From: Lachnospiraceae bacterium
Lineage (GTDB): Bacteria > Bacillota > Clostridia > Lachnospirales > Lachnospiraceae
DNA length: 64,000 bases
Direction: 5' to 3'
NCBI GenBank assembly: GCA_017449745.1
Contig: JAFTFD010000339.1
Location: 21,866-85,865 of the forward strand
Position numbers and translations under genes: made by a program. Shown in pieces: positions 21,993-32,921 of the stretch. The notes below the pieces were generated by a model. That model saw nothing but the letters and a program-made list of their open reading frames with translations. It did not search any database and had not been told where the DNA came from. Each line of letters starts with the position of its first letter. Within the stretch, counting starts at the first letter, position 1.

Positions 21993-22472
21993 TTACTTGA
22001 CGGGACCGGCGCCGCCCTTCTCGCGGATCTTGTCCATGGTCTTGGTGAACCAGTTCTTTTTCTTGGGATTGGTGTTGACCAGCTTCTGTCCGTGCAGTCC
22101 CTTGACCTCGACGATATAGATGCCGCTTACCATAGCCCGGACCTCTTTCTTGACCGGGATGAAATCGAAGATCTGTTCATCGGCGATCAGATTCATGATC
22201 TGAGGACCAACCTTGGCTTTTACGACCGGCAGCTTGGAACGCTTTGCATACCAAGGAGTCGAATCAATGACCTGCTGAGGAAGTCCTGACTGCTTGATGG
22301 GCAGCCTCTTCTTGTCGATGATCAGCATCTTGACCGGCTGTTTGGTCGCCTCGATCTGTGCCTGCTGTTCCGCCTGTCTCTTCTGCATCTTCTTGCCGAC
22401 GAAATACAGTGCCACTGTGGCGCCGATCAGTACGGCAAGGATGACTAAACTCACGATTAATCCTGTGCTCAT
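21993..22472 (-). CDS. Single-pass membrane protein, YajC-like N-terminus (copy B)
   Basis: Mirror of 21439..21918 with identical translation. Confidence 0.7.
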   Translation of the reverse strand: MSTGLIVSLVILAVLIGATVALYFVGKKMQKRQAEQQAQIEATKQPVKMLIIDKKRLPIKQSGLPQQVIDSTPWYAKRSKLPVVKAKVGPQIMNLIADEQIFDFIPVKKEVRAMVSGIYIVEVKGLHGQKLVNTNPKKKNWFTKTMDKIREKGGAGPVK

Positions 22473-22740
22473 GATAGCCCTCCTGATATTATGTGGGCTT
22501 ATGACAGCCCTGTGTCGTATTATACCATTGAAAAAAAGCAGTGACAACATCGTTCCGTTCACAGAAGAAACACTTTTATTAAAGTGGTCGTTATGCTAAA
22601 CTAAAAGGTACTGTGCAGGCAGCATTGGTGCTGCCGGACACAGGAAACATACCTCAGGAATGCGGGTTTAGTCATTCAGTACAGATCGCTTGCAGGTTAA
22701 GTGGTCCGCGATCCTGGGAAACAGAAAGGATGCATTATTT

Positions 22741-23826
22741 ATGAAAAAAAGTATGCTTGCGGCGGCAGTCATTGCAGCATCGCTTATCCTGCTTACGGGA
22801 TGCGGCAAAAAAGATCCGGCATATCTCTCCGGGATCAAGGCGGCAGATTATGTGGATCTGGCGGACTATCAGAACATCGCGGTAGAGGTTGCGGCGCCGG
22901 AGGTTTCGGATGATTATCTGGAACTGTACACGCAGTATCAGCTCTCCATGAATACCCAGTCAAAAGAGATCACGGACAGGAATGTGGTCCAGTCCGGGGA
23001 TATTGCCAATATCGACTATGTCGGGAAAAAGGACGGAGTTGCCTTTGAGGGCGGCACGGCTTCCGGCTATGATCTTACGATCGGCTCCGGTTCTTTCATC
23101 GATGGCTTTGAGGACGGCCTGATCGGTGTTACTGTCGGCGATGAGGTGACACTTGACCTTACTTTCCCGGAGGATTACGGCAATGCAGACCTGGCAGGAG
23201 CCGCTGTCACCTTCGACGTGAAGGTCAACAGCATCTCCGAGAGAGTTGCGCCGGAACTGACGGATGAGTATGCGGCAGGCCTTAATATTGAAGGTGTTTC
23301 TACAGCCGATGAATATAAGGAGTATCTGCGCAGCCAGCTGATGGAGCAGGCGCAGTCGACCTATGACAGCGAGGTCCAGGGCCAGGCGATCCAGTATCTG
23401 ATCGACAACAGCACGTTCAAAAAGGACCCTCCGCAGGAAATGGTGGAGCGCATGAATCTCTCCTACACAGAGACGTTTACTGCGTATGCCTCCCAGTACG
23501 GCCTGGATCTTGCCACTTTCATGAGCTATCAGGGGTCTGATGCGGAAAACTATGAAAATGATATCCGCGAGATGGCGACAGAGACAGCGAAGGAATACAT
23601 CATCATGCAGGCGATCGCCGACAAGGAAAAGCTGGAGATCACAGACAAAGAGTTCAATACGGCACTTTCTACCGAGGCAGCAAGGGCAGGGTATAAGAGC
23701 GTTGAAGAGTTTAAGAAGGAGCAGGACGCGGAAGCTTACCGGGAGTATCTGCTGGTGGATAAGGTCGTGGCCTATCTGCTGGATAATGTCGCAGTCAGCG
23801 AGCCCGCGCAGGAAACAGGAGAATAA
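22741..23826 (+). CDS. Lipoprotein with trigger-factor-like FKBP-type PPIase domain (copy B)
   Basis: Mirror of 20085..21170 with identical translation. Confidence 0.82.
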   Translation: MKKSMLAAAVIAASLILLTGCGKKDPAYLSGIKAADYVDLADYQNIAVEVAAPEVSDDYLELYTQYQLSMNTQSKEITDRNVVQSGDIANIDYVGKKDGVAFEGGTASGYDLTIGSGSFIDGFEDGLIGVTVGDEVTLDLTFPEDYGNADLAGAAVTFDVKVNSISERVAPELTDEYAAGLNIEGVSTADEYKEYLRSQLMEQAQSTYDSEVQGQAIQYLIDNSTFKKDPPQEMVERMNLSYTETFTAYASQYGLDLATFMSYQGSDAENYENDIREMATETAKEYIIMQAIADKEKLEITDKEFNTALSTEAARAGYKSVEEFKKEQDAEAYREYLLVDKVVAYLLDNVAVSEPAQETGE

Positions 23827-23832
23827 AGCAAT

Positions 23833-25236
23833 ATGAAAAAACAGTATGAGATGGTAGAAGTGGCTGCTATTTTTGCGCAGCCGGAAGCTTTTTTTGACAA
23901 GACAGTCACTGTCGGCGGCTGGGTCCGCAACAACAGGGATTCCAAGAACGTGGGCTTTATCGTGCTGTCCGACGGCAGCACCTTCGCAACGCTTCAGCTG
24001 GTCTATTCAGCGGATATGGAAGGATTCGAGCGCGTCGCAAAGCTCAACGTCGGCGCCGCTGTGATCGCGACCGGCAAGATCGTTGCTACTCCCAATGCCA
24101 AGCAGCCCTTTGAGATGCAGGTGGAAAAAGTGGAAGTCGAGGGAGATTCCTCCGCAGACTATCCGCTGCAGAAAAAGCGCCACAGCTTTGAGTATCTGCG
24201 CACGATCCCGCATCTGCGTGTCCGCACCAATACCTTTATGGCGGTCATGCGTGTCCGCTCCCTGATCGCGTTTGCGATCCACCAGTTCTTCCAGGAGAGA
24301 GGCTTTGTTTATGTCCATGCGCCTGAGATCACAGGATCCGACGCAGAGGGCGCAGGCGAGATGTTCCAGGTGACAACGCTGGATCTCGAGAACCTCCCCC
24401 GTACAGAGGACGGCAAAGTCGACTATTCCCAGGATTTCTTCGGAAAGCCCACCAACCTGACTGTCAGCGGCCAGCTGGATGTCGAGACCTATGCATTTGC
24501 GTTCCGCAATGTGTATACCTTTGGCCCTACTTTCCGCGCTGAGAAGTCTAACACTACAAGACATGCGGCAGAGTTCTGGATGATCGAGCCCGAGATCTGT
24601 TTTGCGGATCTTGAGGACGACATGGAGCTTGCGGAGGATATGCTCAAATACATCATCCGCTACGTGCTTGAGAAAGCGCCGGAAGAGATGGCTTTCTTCA
24701 ACCAGTTCATTGACAAGGGACTGCTGGAGAGACTCAATCATGTCGCTTCCTCCGATTTCGGCCGCATCACATATACAGAGGCGGTAGAGATCCTCAAAGA
24801 GCACAACGATGAGTTTGAGAACAAGGTCTTCTGGGGATGCGATCTGCAGACAGAGCATGAGCGCTTCCTTACAGAGAAACAGTTCAAGCGCCCTGTTTTC
24901 GTGACAGATTATCCGAAGGAGATCAAGGCCTTCTATATGAAGCTGAATCCGGACGGAAAGACCGTCGCAGCCTGCGACTGCCTGGTTCCGGGCATCGGTG
25001 AGATCATCGGCGGCAGCCAGAGAGAGGATGATCTCGCGCTTCTGGAGCAGAGAATGGACGAACTCGGAATGGACAAGAGCCAGTATGATTTCTATCTGGA
25101 TCTTCGCAGATACGGATCTGTCCGCCACGCCGGATTCGGCCTTGGTTTTGAGAGGTGCGTTATGTATCTGACCGGCATGGAGAACATCCGTGACGTGCTG
25201 CCTTTCCCGAGAACAGTCGGTAACTGTGAGCTTTGA
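23833..25236 (+). CDS. asnS: Asparagine--tRNA ligase (copy B)
   Basis: Mirror of 18675..20078 with identical translation. Confidence 0.95.
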   Translation: MKKQYEMVEVAAIFAQPEAFFDKTVTVGGWVRNNRDSKNVGFIVLSDGSTFATLQLVYSADMEGFERVAKLNVGAAVIATGKIVATPNAKQPFEMQVEKVEVEGDSSADYPLQKKRHSFEYLRTIPHLRVRTNTFMAVMRVRSLIAFAIHQFFQERGFVYVHAPEITGSDAEGAGEMFQVTTLDLENLPRTEDGKVDYSQDFFGKPTNLTVSGQLDVETYAFAFRNVYTFGPTFRAEKSNTTRHAAEFWMIEPEICFADLEDDMELAEDMLKYIIRYVLEKAPEEMAFFNQFIDKGLLERLNHVASSDFGRITYTEAVEILKEHNDEFENKVFWGCDLQTEHERFLTEKQFKRPVFVTDYPKEIKAFYMKLNPDGKTVAACDCLVPGIGEIIGGSQREDDLALLEQRMDELGMDKSQYDFYLDLRRYGSVRHAGFGLGFERCVMYLTGMENIRDVLPFPRTVGNCEL

Positions 25237-25303
25237 TCTTAGAAACCCGTATTGCGGTGCAGATCAGAGAAACAGGCATAATGAAAAGCTATAAGGAGTC
25301 TAT

Positions 25304-26644
25304 TTGAGTATAAAAACGAATCGAAGAGCTGATAAAAAAATCAGTGATCATAGTCGTTTTGTTTGCGTAGGAGGTGCCTCGCTGCGCAGAGCCGGCCGTT
25401 CGGCACTGCTGCTGGCGCTGTCTCTGGTCCTGGCTGTTCTGCCTGTCGCGGAGGTTTCTGCCAGTAAGGTCACAGACCTGCAGAACCAGAAGGCGCAGAC
25501 CCAGAGCCAGCTGACACAGGCCCAGAATGAGGCGGATGTGCTGGAAGAAGAGATCCAGGATGTTTCTAACGCGATCGATGAGACCAACGAGCAGATCGTT
25601 CAGATCATGGCCGGCATCGAGATCCTGGAAGGAGAAATCGCGGAACTCGACCAGCAGATCGAAAAGACGCAGGCGGAATATGATGCAGCCAAAGCTGAGG
25701 AGGACCGCCAGTACGAGGCGATGAAGCGCCGCATCAAATACATCTATGAAAAAGGCGATGCGGACTACGTCCAGATCATCCTGCAGTCCACTTCTTTTTC
25801 GGATATCCTCAATAAGACACAGTACGCGAACCAGCTGGCGGAGTATGACCAGAACATGATCGTGCGCTACCAGGAGGTACAGAAAAAGGTCGCGGAAAAA
25901 CAGGCGCAGCTTGAGGATGAGAAAGCTGAGCGTGAGGAGAACCGGCTTGGTCTGGAGGAAGAGCAGAACGCCCTTGAAGTGGAACTGAACATTTTGAGGG
26001 AGCAATATGAAGATATTGACGAGAGGATCGCTGTTGCGCAGCAGCAGGCAGCTATCTTTGCACAGCAGCTGATCGAGCAGACGAATGCACTGGCGGCTGC
26101 GATTGAGGAAGAAGCCCGTATTGCTGCAGAGAAACGCAGGCAGGAAGAAGAGGCGAGGAGAAAGGCAGAGGAGGAAGCGCGCAGAAAAGCGGAACAGGAA
26201 GCGCAGTCAGCTTCCGGAACGAGCACTGCCAGCAGCCAGACCAGTACGACCTCAGCATCCACGGCACAGACAAAGGTTTACGCATCGCCGTCTGGAAAAA
26301 CAGGACAGGATGTTGTCAATTACGCATGCCAGTTTGTCGGCAACCCCTATGTTTACGGAGGAAATTCCCTCACAAACGGAACGGACTGCTCCGGTTTTAC
26401 TTCGCTTGTCTATAAAGCGTTCGGCTATTCACTCGCGAGAACGGACGTCGGCCAGCGCAGCAACGGCATAGCTGTCGCATCCCTCGAGGAGGCGCTCCCG
26501 GGCGATATCATCTGCTATCCGGGTCATGTAGCGATCTACTGCGGAAACGGAACGATCGTTCACGCCAGCACAGCCAGGACCGGAATCAAATACAGCAACG
26601 TCAACTACAGACAGTATATCTGCATCAGACGTATTATCTATTAA
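25304..26644 (+). CDS. Secreted coiled-coil NlpC/P60 peptidoglycan hydrolase (copy B)
   Basis: Mirror of 17267..18607 with identical translation. Confidence 0.88.
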   Translation: MSIKTNRRADKKISDHSRFVCVGGASLRRAGRSALLLALSLVLAVLPVAEVSASKVTDLQNQKAQTQSQLTQAQNEADVLEEEIQDVSNAIDETNEQIVQIMAGIEILEGEIAELDQQIEKTQAEYDAAKAEEDRQYEAMKRRIKYIYEKGDADYVQIILQSTSFSDILNKTQYANQLAEYDQNMIVRYQEVQKKVAEKQAQLEDEKAEREENRLGLEEEQNALEVELNILREQYEDIDERIAVAQQQAAIFAQQLIEQTNALAAAIEEEARIAAEKRRQEEEARRKAEEEARRKAEQEAQSASGTSTASSQTSTTSASTAQTKVYASPSGKTGQDVVNYACQFVGNPYVYGGNSLTNGTDCSGFTSLVYKAFGYSLARTDVGQRSNGIAVASLEEALPGDIICYPGHVAIYCGNGTIVHASTARTGIKYSNVNYRQYICIRRIIY

Positions 26645-26749
26645 TAAGAAATACCGGGTAGGGGAGACTCTGCCCGGTTATTTTTAATGGCAAACAACTG
26701 CATCAGCAAATACAAACAGAAAATCAAATACACTCAAGGAGAAAAGCCG

Positions 26750-28291
26750 ATGGAGAAAATAATAGTGCTTGATTTCGGCGGTCAGTACAAGCAGCTGATC
26801 GCAAGAAGAGTGAGAGAGGAACACGTCTACTGTGAGATCTTTCCCCATACGACGCCGATCGAAGAGATCCGGAAAATGGGGCCGAAGGGAATCATCCTGA
26901 CAGGCGGGCCGGACAGCGTTTACAGAGAGAATTCGCCGTCCTGCGATCCGGAGCTGTTTGCCCTGGGAATTCCCGTTCTCGGGATCTGCTATGGCTCACA
27001 GCTGATGGCCTATCTTCTCGGAGGAGAAGTCAAGACAGCACCTGTCAGCGAGTATGGAAAAACGGAGATCACGGTCGATGCTGAAAAAGAATCAGGGATC
27101 CTGGGAAACTGGGAGACGCAGACGACCTGCTGGATGAGCCATACGGATTACATCGCGTCTGTCCCGGCGGGCTTCCATGTGACAGCATATTCCGGTCACT
27201 GCCCGGTCGCGGCTATGGAAGATCCGATGCGCCGCCTTTACGCGGTGCAGTTCCATCCTGAGGTTGTGCACACGCCCGAAGGAAAAAAGCTCTTCCATAA
27301 TTTTGTCTATGATATCTGCGGCTGCAGTGGAGATTGGAAGATGTCCTCCTTTGTGGAGACTACCATTCAGCAGCTGAGGGAGAAGATCGGCGACGGGAAA
27401 GTGCTGTGTGCCCTTTCCGGCGGCGTGGACTCCTCTGTAGCGGCTGTCCTTCTCTCCAAGGCAGTCGGGCGCCAGCTGACCTGTGTATTTGTGGACCACG
27501 GTCTTCTCAGGAAAAATGAGGGAGATGAGGTAGAAGCGGTTTTCGGACCGGAAGGAAACTATGACCTGAATTTCATCCGCGTAAACGCACAGGATCACTT
27601 TTATAAAAAACTGGCAGGTGTTGCGGAACCGGAAATGAAACGCAGGATCATAGGCGCCGAGTTTATCGAGGTCTTCGAGAAGGAGGCAAAAAAGATCGGC
27701 GCAGTGGATTATCTCGTGCAGGGAACGATCTACCCGGACGTCGTCGAGAGCGGTATCGGGACCGGTGCTGTGATCAAATCGCATCATAATGTCGGCGGCC
27801 TTCCGGACCATGTCGATTTCAAAGAGATTATTGAGCCTCTCCGCCAGCTTTTTAAGGACGAAGTCCGCGAGGTCGGCTTAGAGCTCGGGATCCCGGAACA
27901 CCTTGTCTACCGCCAGCCGTTCCCGGGACCGGGGCTTGGCATCCGCATCGTCGGCGATGTCACAGAGGATAAGGTCAGGATCGTACAGGAGGCGGACGCG
28001 ATCTACCGCGAGGAACTCAAAAAAGCTGGCGTCGACCTGGGACTTGGTCAGTTCTTTGCGGCGCTCTCCAATATGCGCTCTGTCGGCGTTATGGGAGACG
28101 GCAGGACCTATGACTATGCCGTCGTCCTCAGGGCAGTCCTCACCAGCGACTTCATGACAGCGGAAGCAGCCGAGCTCCCCTGGAGCGTCCTGCAGACCTG
28201 CATGAACCGCATCATCAACGAAGTCAAAGGCGTAAACCGCGTCCTGTACGACCTCACCAGTAAACCGCCCGGGACTATAGAACTTGAGTGA
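26750..28291 (+). CDS. guaA: GMP synthase (glutamine-hydrolysing), full length (copy B)
   Basis: Mirror of 15620..17161 with identical translation. Confidence 0.95.
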   Translation: MEKIIVLDFGGQYKQLIARRVREEHVYCEIFPHTTPIEEIRKMGPKGIILTGGPDSVYRENSPSCDPELFALGIPVLGICYGSQLMAYLLGGEVKTAPVSEYGKTEITVDAEKESGILGNWETQTTCWMSHTDYIASVPAGFHVTAYSGHCPVAAMEDPMRRLYAVQFHPEVVHTPEGKKLFHNFVYDICGCSGDWKMSSFVETTIQQLREKIGDGKVLCALSGGVDSSVAAVLLSKAVGRQLTCVFVDHGLLRKNEGDEVEAVFGPEGNYDLNFIRVNAQDHFYKKLAGVAEPEMKRRIIGAEFIEVFEKEAKKIGAVDYLVQGTIYPDVVESGIGTGAVIKSHHNVGGLPDHVDFKEIIEPLRQLFKDEVREVGLELGIPEHLVYRQPFPGPGLGIRIVGDVTEDKVRIVQEADAIYREELKKAGVDLGLGQFFAALSNMRSVGVMGDGRTYDYAVVLRAVLTSDFMTAEAAELPWSVLQTCMNRIINEVKGVNRVLYDLTSKPPGTIELE

Positions 28292-28340
28292 TAACAAGGA
28301 ATGCATCACTGGAATTGTCAGCCGTGCAGCGGCTGTTGAG

Positions 28341-28397
28341 AAAAAAGAAAGGGTCCCTGACCATGCTTGCATGGAAAGGGACCCTTTCTTTTTTCTC
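28341..28397. terminator. Bidirectional intrinsic terminator after guaA (copy B)
   Basis: Sequence aaaaaagaaagggtccct - loop - agggaccctttcttttttc, lying between convergent genes. Confidence 0.85.
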
Positions 28398-28601
28398 AAA
28401 TCACTGACCGAAGGTTGGGAACAATTCCAGAAAGATATACTCCGCCAACAAACAGCGAGCCGTCAGGCGAGCTGCTTTTCTTATTCTCGTAGATCCTGCC
28501 GGAGGCTGGATCCGCTTCTTCTTATGATTGAATATACTCCGCCAACAGACAGCGAGCTGCCTCCCATCCTCTTCGATCCTGCCGTCAGGCACCCTGCCTC
28601 A

Positions 28602-29264
28602 TCACTTTCCATACAGAAACGGCCTCGCCAGCTTCACATTAAAGAAATCGATCAGCGGTCCCATAAAGAAAGCGGTAATGATCGTTCCGATCCCCACTTC
28701 TCCTGTCACCTCGAGCCATGTATAGCCGCCGAGAAGGCAGAGCAGCGTTCCGCTGATCACGCACACCAGATCCGTGATGATCCTGCAGATAGAGAAGGGG
28801 ATCTTTTTCTGCCGCTCCGACCAGACAAGCGCGACAGCGTCGTAGGTGGACACGCCCAGATCCGCGGTAAAATAGAAAGCGGAAGCGACGCACATGATCA
28901 CGATCGCGGCGGCCAGCAGCAGAAAGCGCGTGACCAGGGAAGGCCCCGGCAGCAGCGAAGATACACATTTCTGGGAGAATTCCGCTATATAGCCGAGCAG
29001 GAACAGGTTGATCAGCGTCGCCAGCCCTATCTTATGGCGGTCAAAGATCAGCGCGAAGGCCAGCAGCACGAGGTTGGTGATCACATAGAGCGTCCCGAAT
29101 CGCAGCGGGATCACGGCATCCAGACCGCTCATCAGGGACTGGAAAGGATCGACTCCGAGAAAGGCGTGCTTGAACATCCCGACGCTGATGCCGCAGATGA
29201 TGACGCCGAGCGCACTCATTAAGATCCGTTTGGTAAGCTGCTTATCGGTATTTTGTTCCTGCAT
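28602..29264 (-). CDS. Multi-pass membrane protein (YczE/YitT-like) (copy B)
   Basis: Mirror of 14647..15309. Confidence 0.7.
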   Translation of the reverse strand: MQEQNTDKQLTKRILMSALGVIICGISVGMFKHAFLGVDPFQSLMSGLDAVIPLRFGTLYVITNLVLLAFALIFDRHKIGLATLINLFLLGYIAEFSQKCVSSLLPGPSLVTRFLLLAAAIVIMCVASAFYFTADLGVSTYDAVALVWSERQKKIPFSICRIITDLVCVISGTLLCLLGGYTWLEVTGEVGIGTIITAFFMGPLIDFFNVKLARPFLYGK

Positions 29265-29495
29265 TTTCAATTCCCCCAAAAAAACCGGAGCGAGGTGTCT
29301 CCGGTATTCCTGTCACTGTGTAGAGATGGAACAGGTACAGCGCTGTTTTTACAGCATAAAAATAACGTGTCAGACCTGTATTCGCTGATTCATACAACCA
29401 GCGTACAGTCTAACACGTTATTTGCTTTTAGGCTATGCTTTTATGAAAGAATCTTCTATCGGCGTAAAATTTTGTTTCGTCTGTCCGCACCTTGT

Positions 29496-31490
29496 TCAGT
29501 TCTTACCTGCAGTGCAGTCGACCACCCACTGAATGAAATTGTCCGTGGAGTTTCCGCTTCTCTCAGCCATTGTATGTCCCTGGCCCCAGACCGTCTCAAA
29601 ATCGACGGACTCGACGGGGTCGTAGTTTTTAAGAGCGAGCGCCAGATTCAGCTCGGTAGAAAGAGCGCAGTCGCCCTGGTTGATCCCGGTGCGGATCCGC
29701 CAGTATTTCGCCACATCGCTCGTGCCATAGCCGTCGGAACTCTCAAGCAGATAGTAGAGAGGCGTGTACATCATAAGTCTTGTATCGACGGTATTTCCGA
29801 TCAGGTCTGTTTTCTGAAGATCCTCGGCGTAAGCCTGCGCGTATTCGCTGCCAAGATCTTCCAGGATCTCTGCCAGTACAGCGTCGAAGTGAGCGCCGTT
29901 TCCGTCACCATAGCCAAAGAGCGTGTTCTCACCCTGGCCGCCGTCGAACTGGTCAAATGCACCGAGGTTTTTGGAAGCATTTTTCAGGGCTTTCACAAAG
30001 GATGCTACGTCTGTGATGGTCACGGAATTGTTGTCAGCGTCGTAAGTCACCCATTCGCCGTTCCCATTCAGGGCGTCAATGTAATCCTGTGCCGTTTCAT
30101 AGGTGCCGGAAAGGGATAGACCGGAAGAAGAGGTATCATTTCTCTGAATATCGTCGATCTCTTCGTAATTGACTTCCTCAGATGCTTCAGCATTGGCAGA
30201 TGTTTCTCCATCAGCAGGCATCTCTCCGTCAGCAGGCATTTCTCCATCGGGGGCACCGGAAGGACGCTCACCGCTGACGGGACCGCCCGTTCCGCCGCCG
30301 AAGCCTCCAAAGCCGCCATGGCCGCCCATTCCGCCGCCAAAGCCGCCGGAAGAGGAAGCTTCGTAAGGAAATTCTGTATCCTCAAGGAAATGTTCAAGGG
30401 AAGTTTCGATCGCATCCTTTACTGTATCGTAGTAGGAGCCTGCCTGACAGATCCCTTCCGCCGAAGCTTCCAGCGTCAGGATATTTCCGGCTTCGTCCTT
30501 GATCCCTGCATTATTGATGTACTCCGCGAAGGCCTCAGCAAGCGCGTCAGAGACAGCCTGCTCTTCTTCGGAGAGACCGCTTCTGGACGTTCCCAGCATC
30601 CATTCGTAAGCCGCATCCGCGCTGTCGAGGTTGGTAATAGGGCACCAGCACATGGAACCAAGCACATCGTCGGAGACGCCTTTTACGGCTCCGATCGCCT
30701 CGAGATACGGATCATAGAGGGCACTGTTTCCTGTTGATCCCATGAGCGCGGACTGCGCTCCGCCTCCGGACATGCCAAAGGTAAAGATACTGTCTGTATC
30801 GCCGGGCAGAAGATCGGAGCAGTAACGAAGGTACCGGACAGCAGCTTTCAGATCTGTGATGCCGGCAGGGGCACCGGCATCTCTGCCGCGGCAGCCGGCA
30901 TGGGCGTAGATAAACCCGGCTTCCATATAATCGGATACGGAAGTGTAATCCGTCAGAGCAGACTGCGCGGAGTAGCCGGGGGTGTTGATCGGCATGACGA
31001 TGGGGGCAGTGGCTGCTGTATAGCCGTTCACCTCTCCCTCTTCGCTGATCTCGCAGGTGTAAGTGCCGTCACTGTTTTGAGTCCCTGACATATAAGCGCC
31101 GGGAACAAAGACGGCGAGTTTCTCATAACTCTCATCCGCGGGCGTCTCGCAGTAGGAGATACCGATCTGGTAATAGACGTCATCGTCAGAGTTGTAGGAC
31201 CATAACGCCATGTCGATCGGAGACAAGCCGGTGACGATCGCGCTCTCTGCCGCAGCTTCCGTTTCAGTTGCAGCATCCCCGGTATTACTCTGGCCGTCTT
31301 CAGACTCCTGTGCTGCTGTTTCTTTAGGGACAGCTTCGCTGGAGGCAGCTTCCTCCTGCACACTGTCGGCTGCAGTGGAGGAAGTATCCTGCGCTGTCTC
31401 TGCAGTCTGTGTCCCTGCGGCACAGGCACAAAGGGAGAGCGTCAGAAGAAGAGAAAGGGAAGCTGATATCAGTTTTTTTGTTGATTTCAT
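29496..31490 (-). CDS. Secreted lipoprotein, alpha/beta-hydrolase (tannase/esterase-like) (copy B)
   Basis: Mirror of 12421..14415. Confidence 0.8.
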   Translation of the reverse strand: MKSTKKLISASLSLLLTLSLCACAAGTQTAETAQDTSSTAADSVQEEAASSEAVPKETAAQESEDGQSNTGDAATETEAAAESAIVTGLSPIDMALWSYNSDDDVYYQIGISYCETPADESYEKLAVFVPGAYMSGTQNSDGTYTCEISEEGEVNGYTAATAPIVMPINTPGYSAQSALTDYTSVSDYMEAGFIYAHAGCRGRDAGAPAGITDLKAAVRYLRYCSDLLPGDTDSIFTFGMSGGGAQSALMGSTGNSALYDPYLEAIGAVKGVSDDVLGSMCWCPITNLDSADAAYEWMLGTSRSGLSEEEQAVSDALAEAFAEYINNAGIKDEAGNILTLEASAEGICQAGSYYDTVKDAIETSLEHFLEDTEFPYEASSSGGFGGGMGGHGGFGGFGGGTGGPVSGERPSGAPDGEMPADGEMPADGETSANAEASEEVNYEEIDDIQRNDTSSSGLSLSGTYETAQDYIDALNGNGEWVTYDADNNSVTITDVASFVKALKNASKNLGAFDQFDGGQGENTLFGYGDGNGAHFDAVLAEILEDLGSEYAQAYAEDLQKTDLIGNTVDTRLMMYTPLYYLLESSDGYGTSDVAKYWRIRTGINQGDCALSTELNLALALKNYDPVESVDFETVWGQGHTMAERSGNSTDNFIQWVVDCTAGKN

Positions 31491-31581
31491 TTGTACTCCT
31501 TGTTGCAACACGATGGTTGTATCTGTTTGTGTTATTTGCGTCATATAATTCTATCGCTATAACAGGAAGGATTTCAATCCT

Positions 31582-32673
31582 TCAGGAGGACAGGACAGTG
31601 TTTTTTTTGTAAGCAAGCGGCGTCATGCCATAGGCCTTTTTGAACAACCGGTAAAAATGGGTGCGGTTGCGAAAACCGAGCTGCCGGCAGATGTCCTCGA
31701 TGTTCAGGTCCGTGGACTGCAGCAGGCGGGCGGCCTCTTCGAGGCGGTAAGAAACAGCGAGATCCACAATATTCTGTCCAGTGTATTTTCGGATGACCTT
31801 GTAGATGTAATTGCCCGAATAGTGGAACCGGGCGGCCAGTTCGCTCCTGCCAAGCATCCCGTGCGTCTCGCTCATAAGGTCCCGGATCTCGCTGAAGAGC
31901 TGCGCCTCCAGATCGGACCCCAGCTGTACCGGTGTTCGCGAGTACTGGTCTGTGGAGAACAGATGATATAACAGCTCGGTAAAACCGTAGCGGATCCTGG
32001 AGGAGGCATTTGCGGAAGGGGAGAGCGTTTCCTGCATCAGGGCGTCCAGGATCCTGTGCGTCTCTGCCCTTGCTTTTGCGGCGTGGTCTCCGTCCTCAGA
32101 GATAAAATCGATATATTTTTTCTGCTCTGTGTGCTCCTGTGAATGGCTGGGAAAGAAAAAAGAACGGATCTCCTGAAGGGGCTGGTCCGGCTCCGAGGAA
32201 AAAAACAGGGGCGTATCGAAGCACTGCCTGATCAGGTCCCGGGACATCTGCACATAGACACAGCGGCAGTCTGTTATGAATTCCTCTGTGTGGCGGACGT
32301 TAGGGTTGAGAATACACGCGCTCCCCATGGGGTAGTAGTGGCGGATATTCTCAATATTCTGGTAGAGCTCTCCCTCCAGCACGATCATCAGTTCATAATA
32401 ATCATGGCGGTGAAGAGGCGGATGATAATAAGCCCCCGGGATATTTTCCTTGCAGCTGGCTGAATAGAGCAGCAGGTCGGGAGCGCAGGTGGCAATGATA
32501 TAATCCGCCCCTTCGGCATTCATATAATTGGATGACAGGAAAAACTGGAAAGGCCCGTTGAGGCGCCTGTTCGCGGAAATTCCGTCCGCCTCGTACGCAG
32601 CCAGATCCACATTCCGGTTATTGATCAGATAAAAGGAACCTGTTTTGCTGTCAGTAGACAACGCCTGATCCAT
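31582..32673 (-). CDS. AraC/XylS family transcriptional regulator (copy B)
   Basis: Mirror of 11238..12329. Confidence 0.9.
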   Translation of the reverse strand: MDQALSTDSKTGSFYLINNRNVDLAAYEADGISANRRLNGPFQFFLSSNYMNAEGADYIIATCAPDLLLYSASCKENIPGAYYHPPLHRHDYYELMIVLEGELYQNIENIRHYYPMGSACILNPNVRHTEEFITDCRCVYVQMSRDLIRQCFDTPLFFSSEPDQPLQEIRSFFFPSHSQEHTEQKKYIDFISEDGDHAAKARAETHRILDALMQETLSPSANASSRIRYGFTELLYHLFSTDQYSRTPVQLGSDLEAQLFSEIRDLMSETHGMLGRSELAARFHYSGNYIYKVIRKYTGQNIVDLAVSYRLEEAARLLQSTDLNIEDICRQLGFRNRTHFYRLFKKAYGMTPLAYKKNTVLSS

Positions 32674-32921
32674 ATTTCAGCACCTCTCAAATAGCGACGC
32701 AATGATCCTGATTTGGTTTGAAAATGATACAAAACTTATTCACCCATTTCATGTCAGACATTGAACAGGAGGGCGAAAATAATGATAATTATTATAAAGG
32801 TCAAAAGAAGAAATCACAATAATTCTGCCGGATATCCGGACTAATTGAGGGAATAAAGCATTGCCTGGAAAGAACCAGGCGGGCGCAGTACAGCGTAGTA
32901 TCAAAAAGGAGAGTGTCAAAA

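Noticed and set aside
23827-23832. A T-box leader upstream of asnS.
   Set aside because: Only 6 nt separate asnS from the upstream gene, so there is no room for a leader. asnS appears to be co-transcribed.
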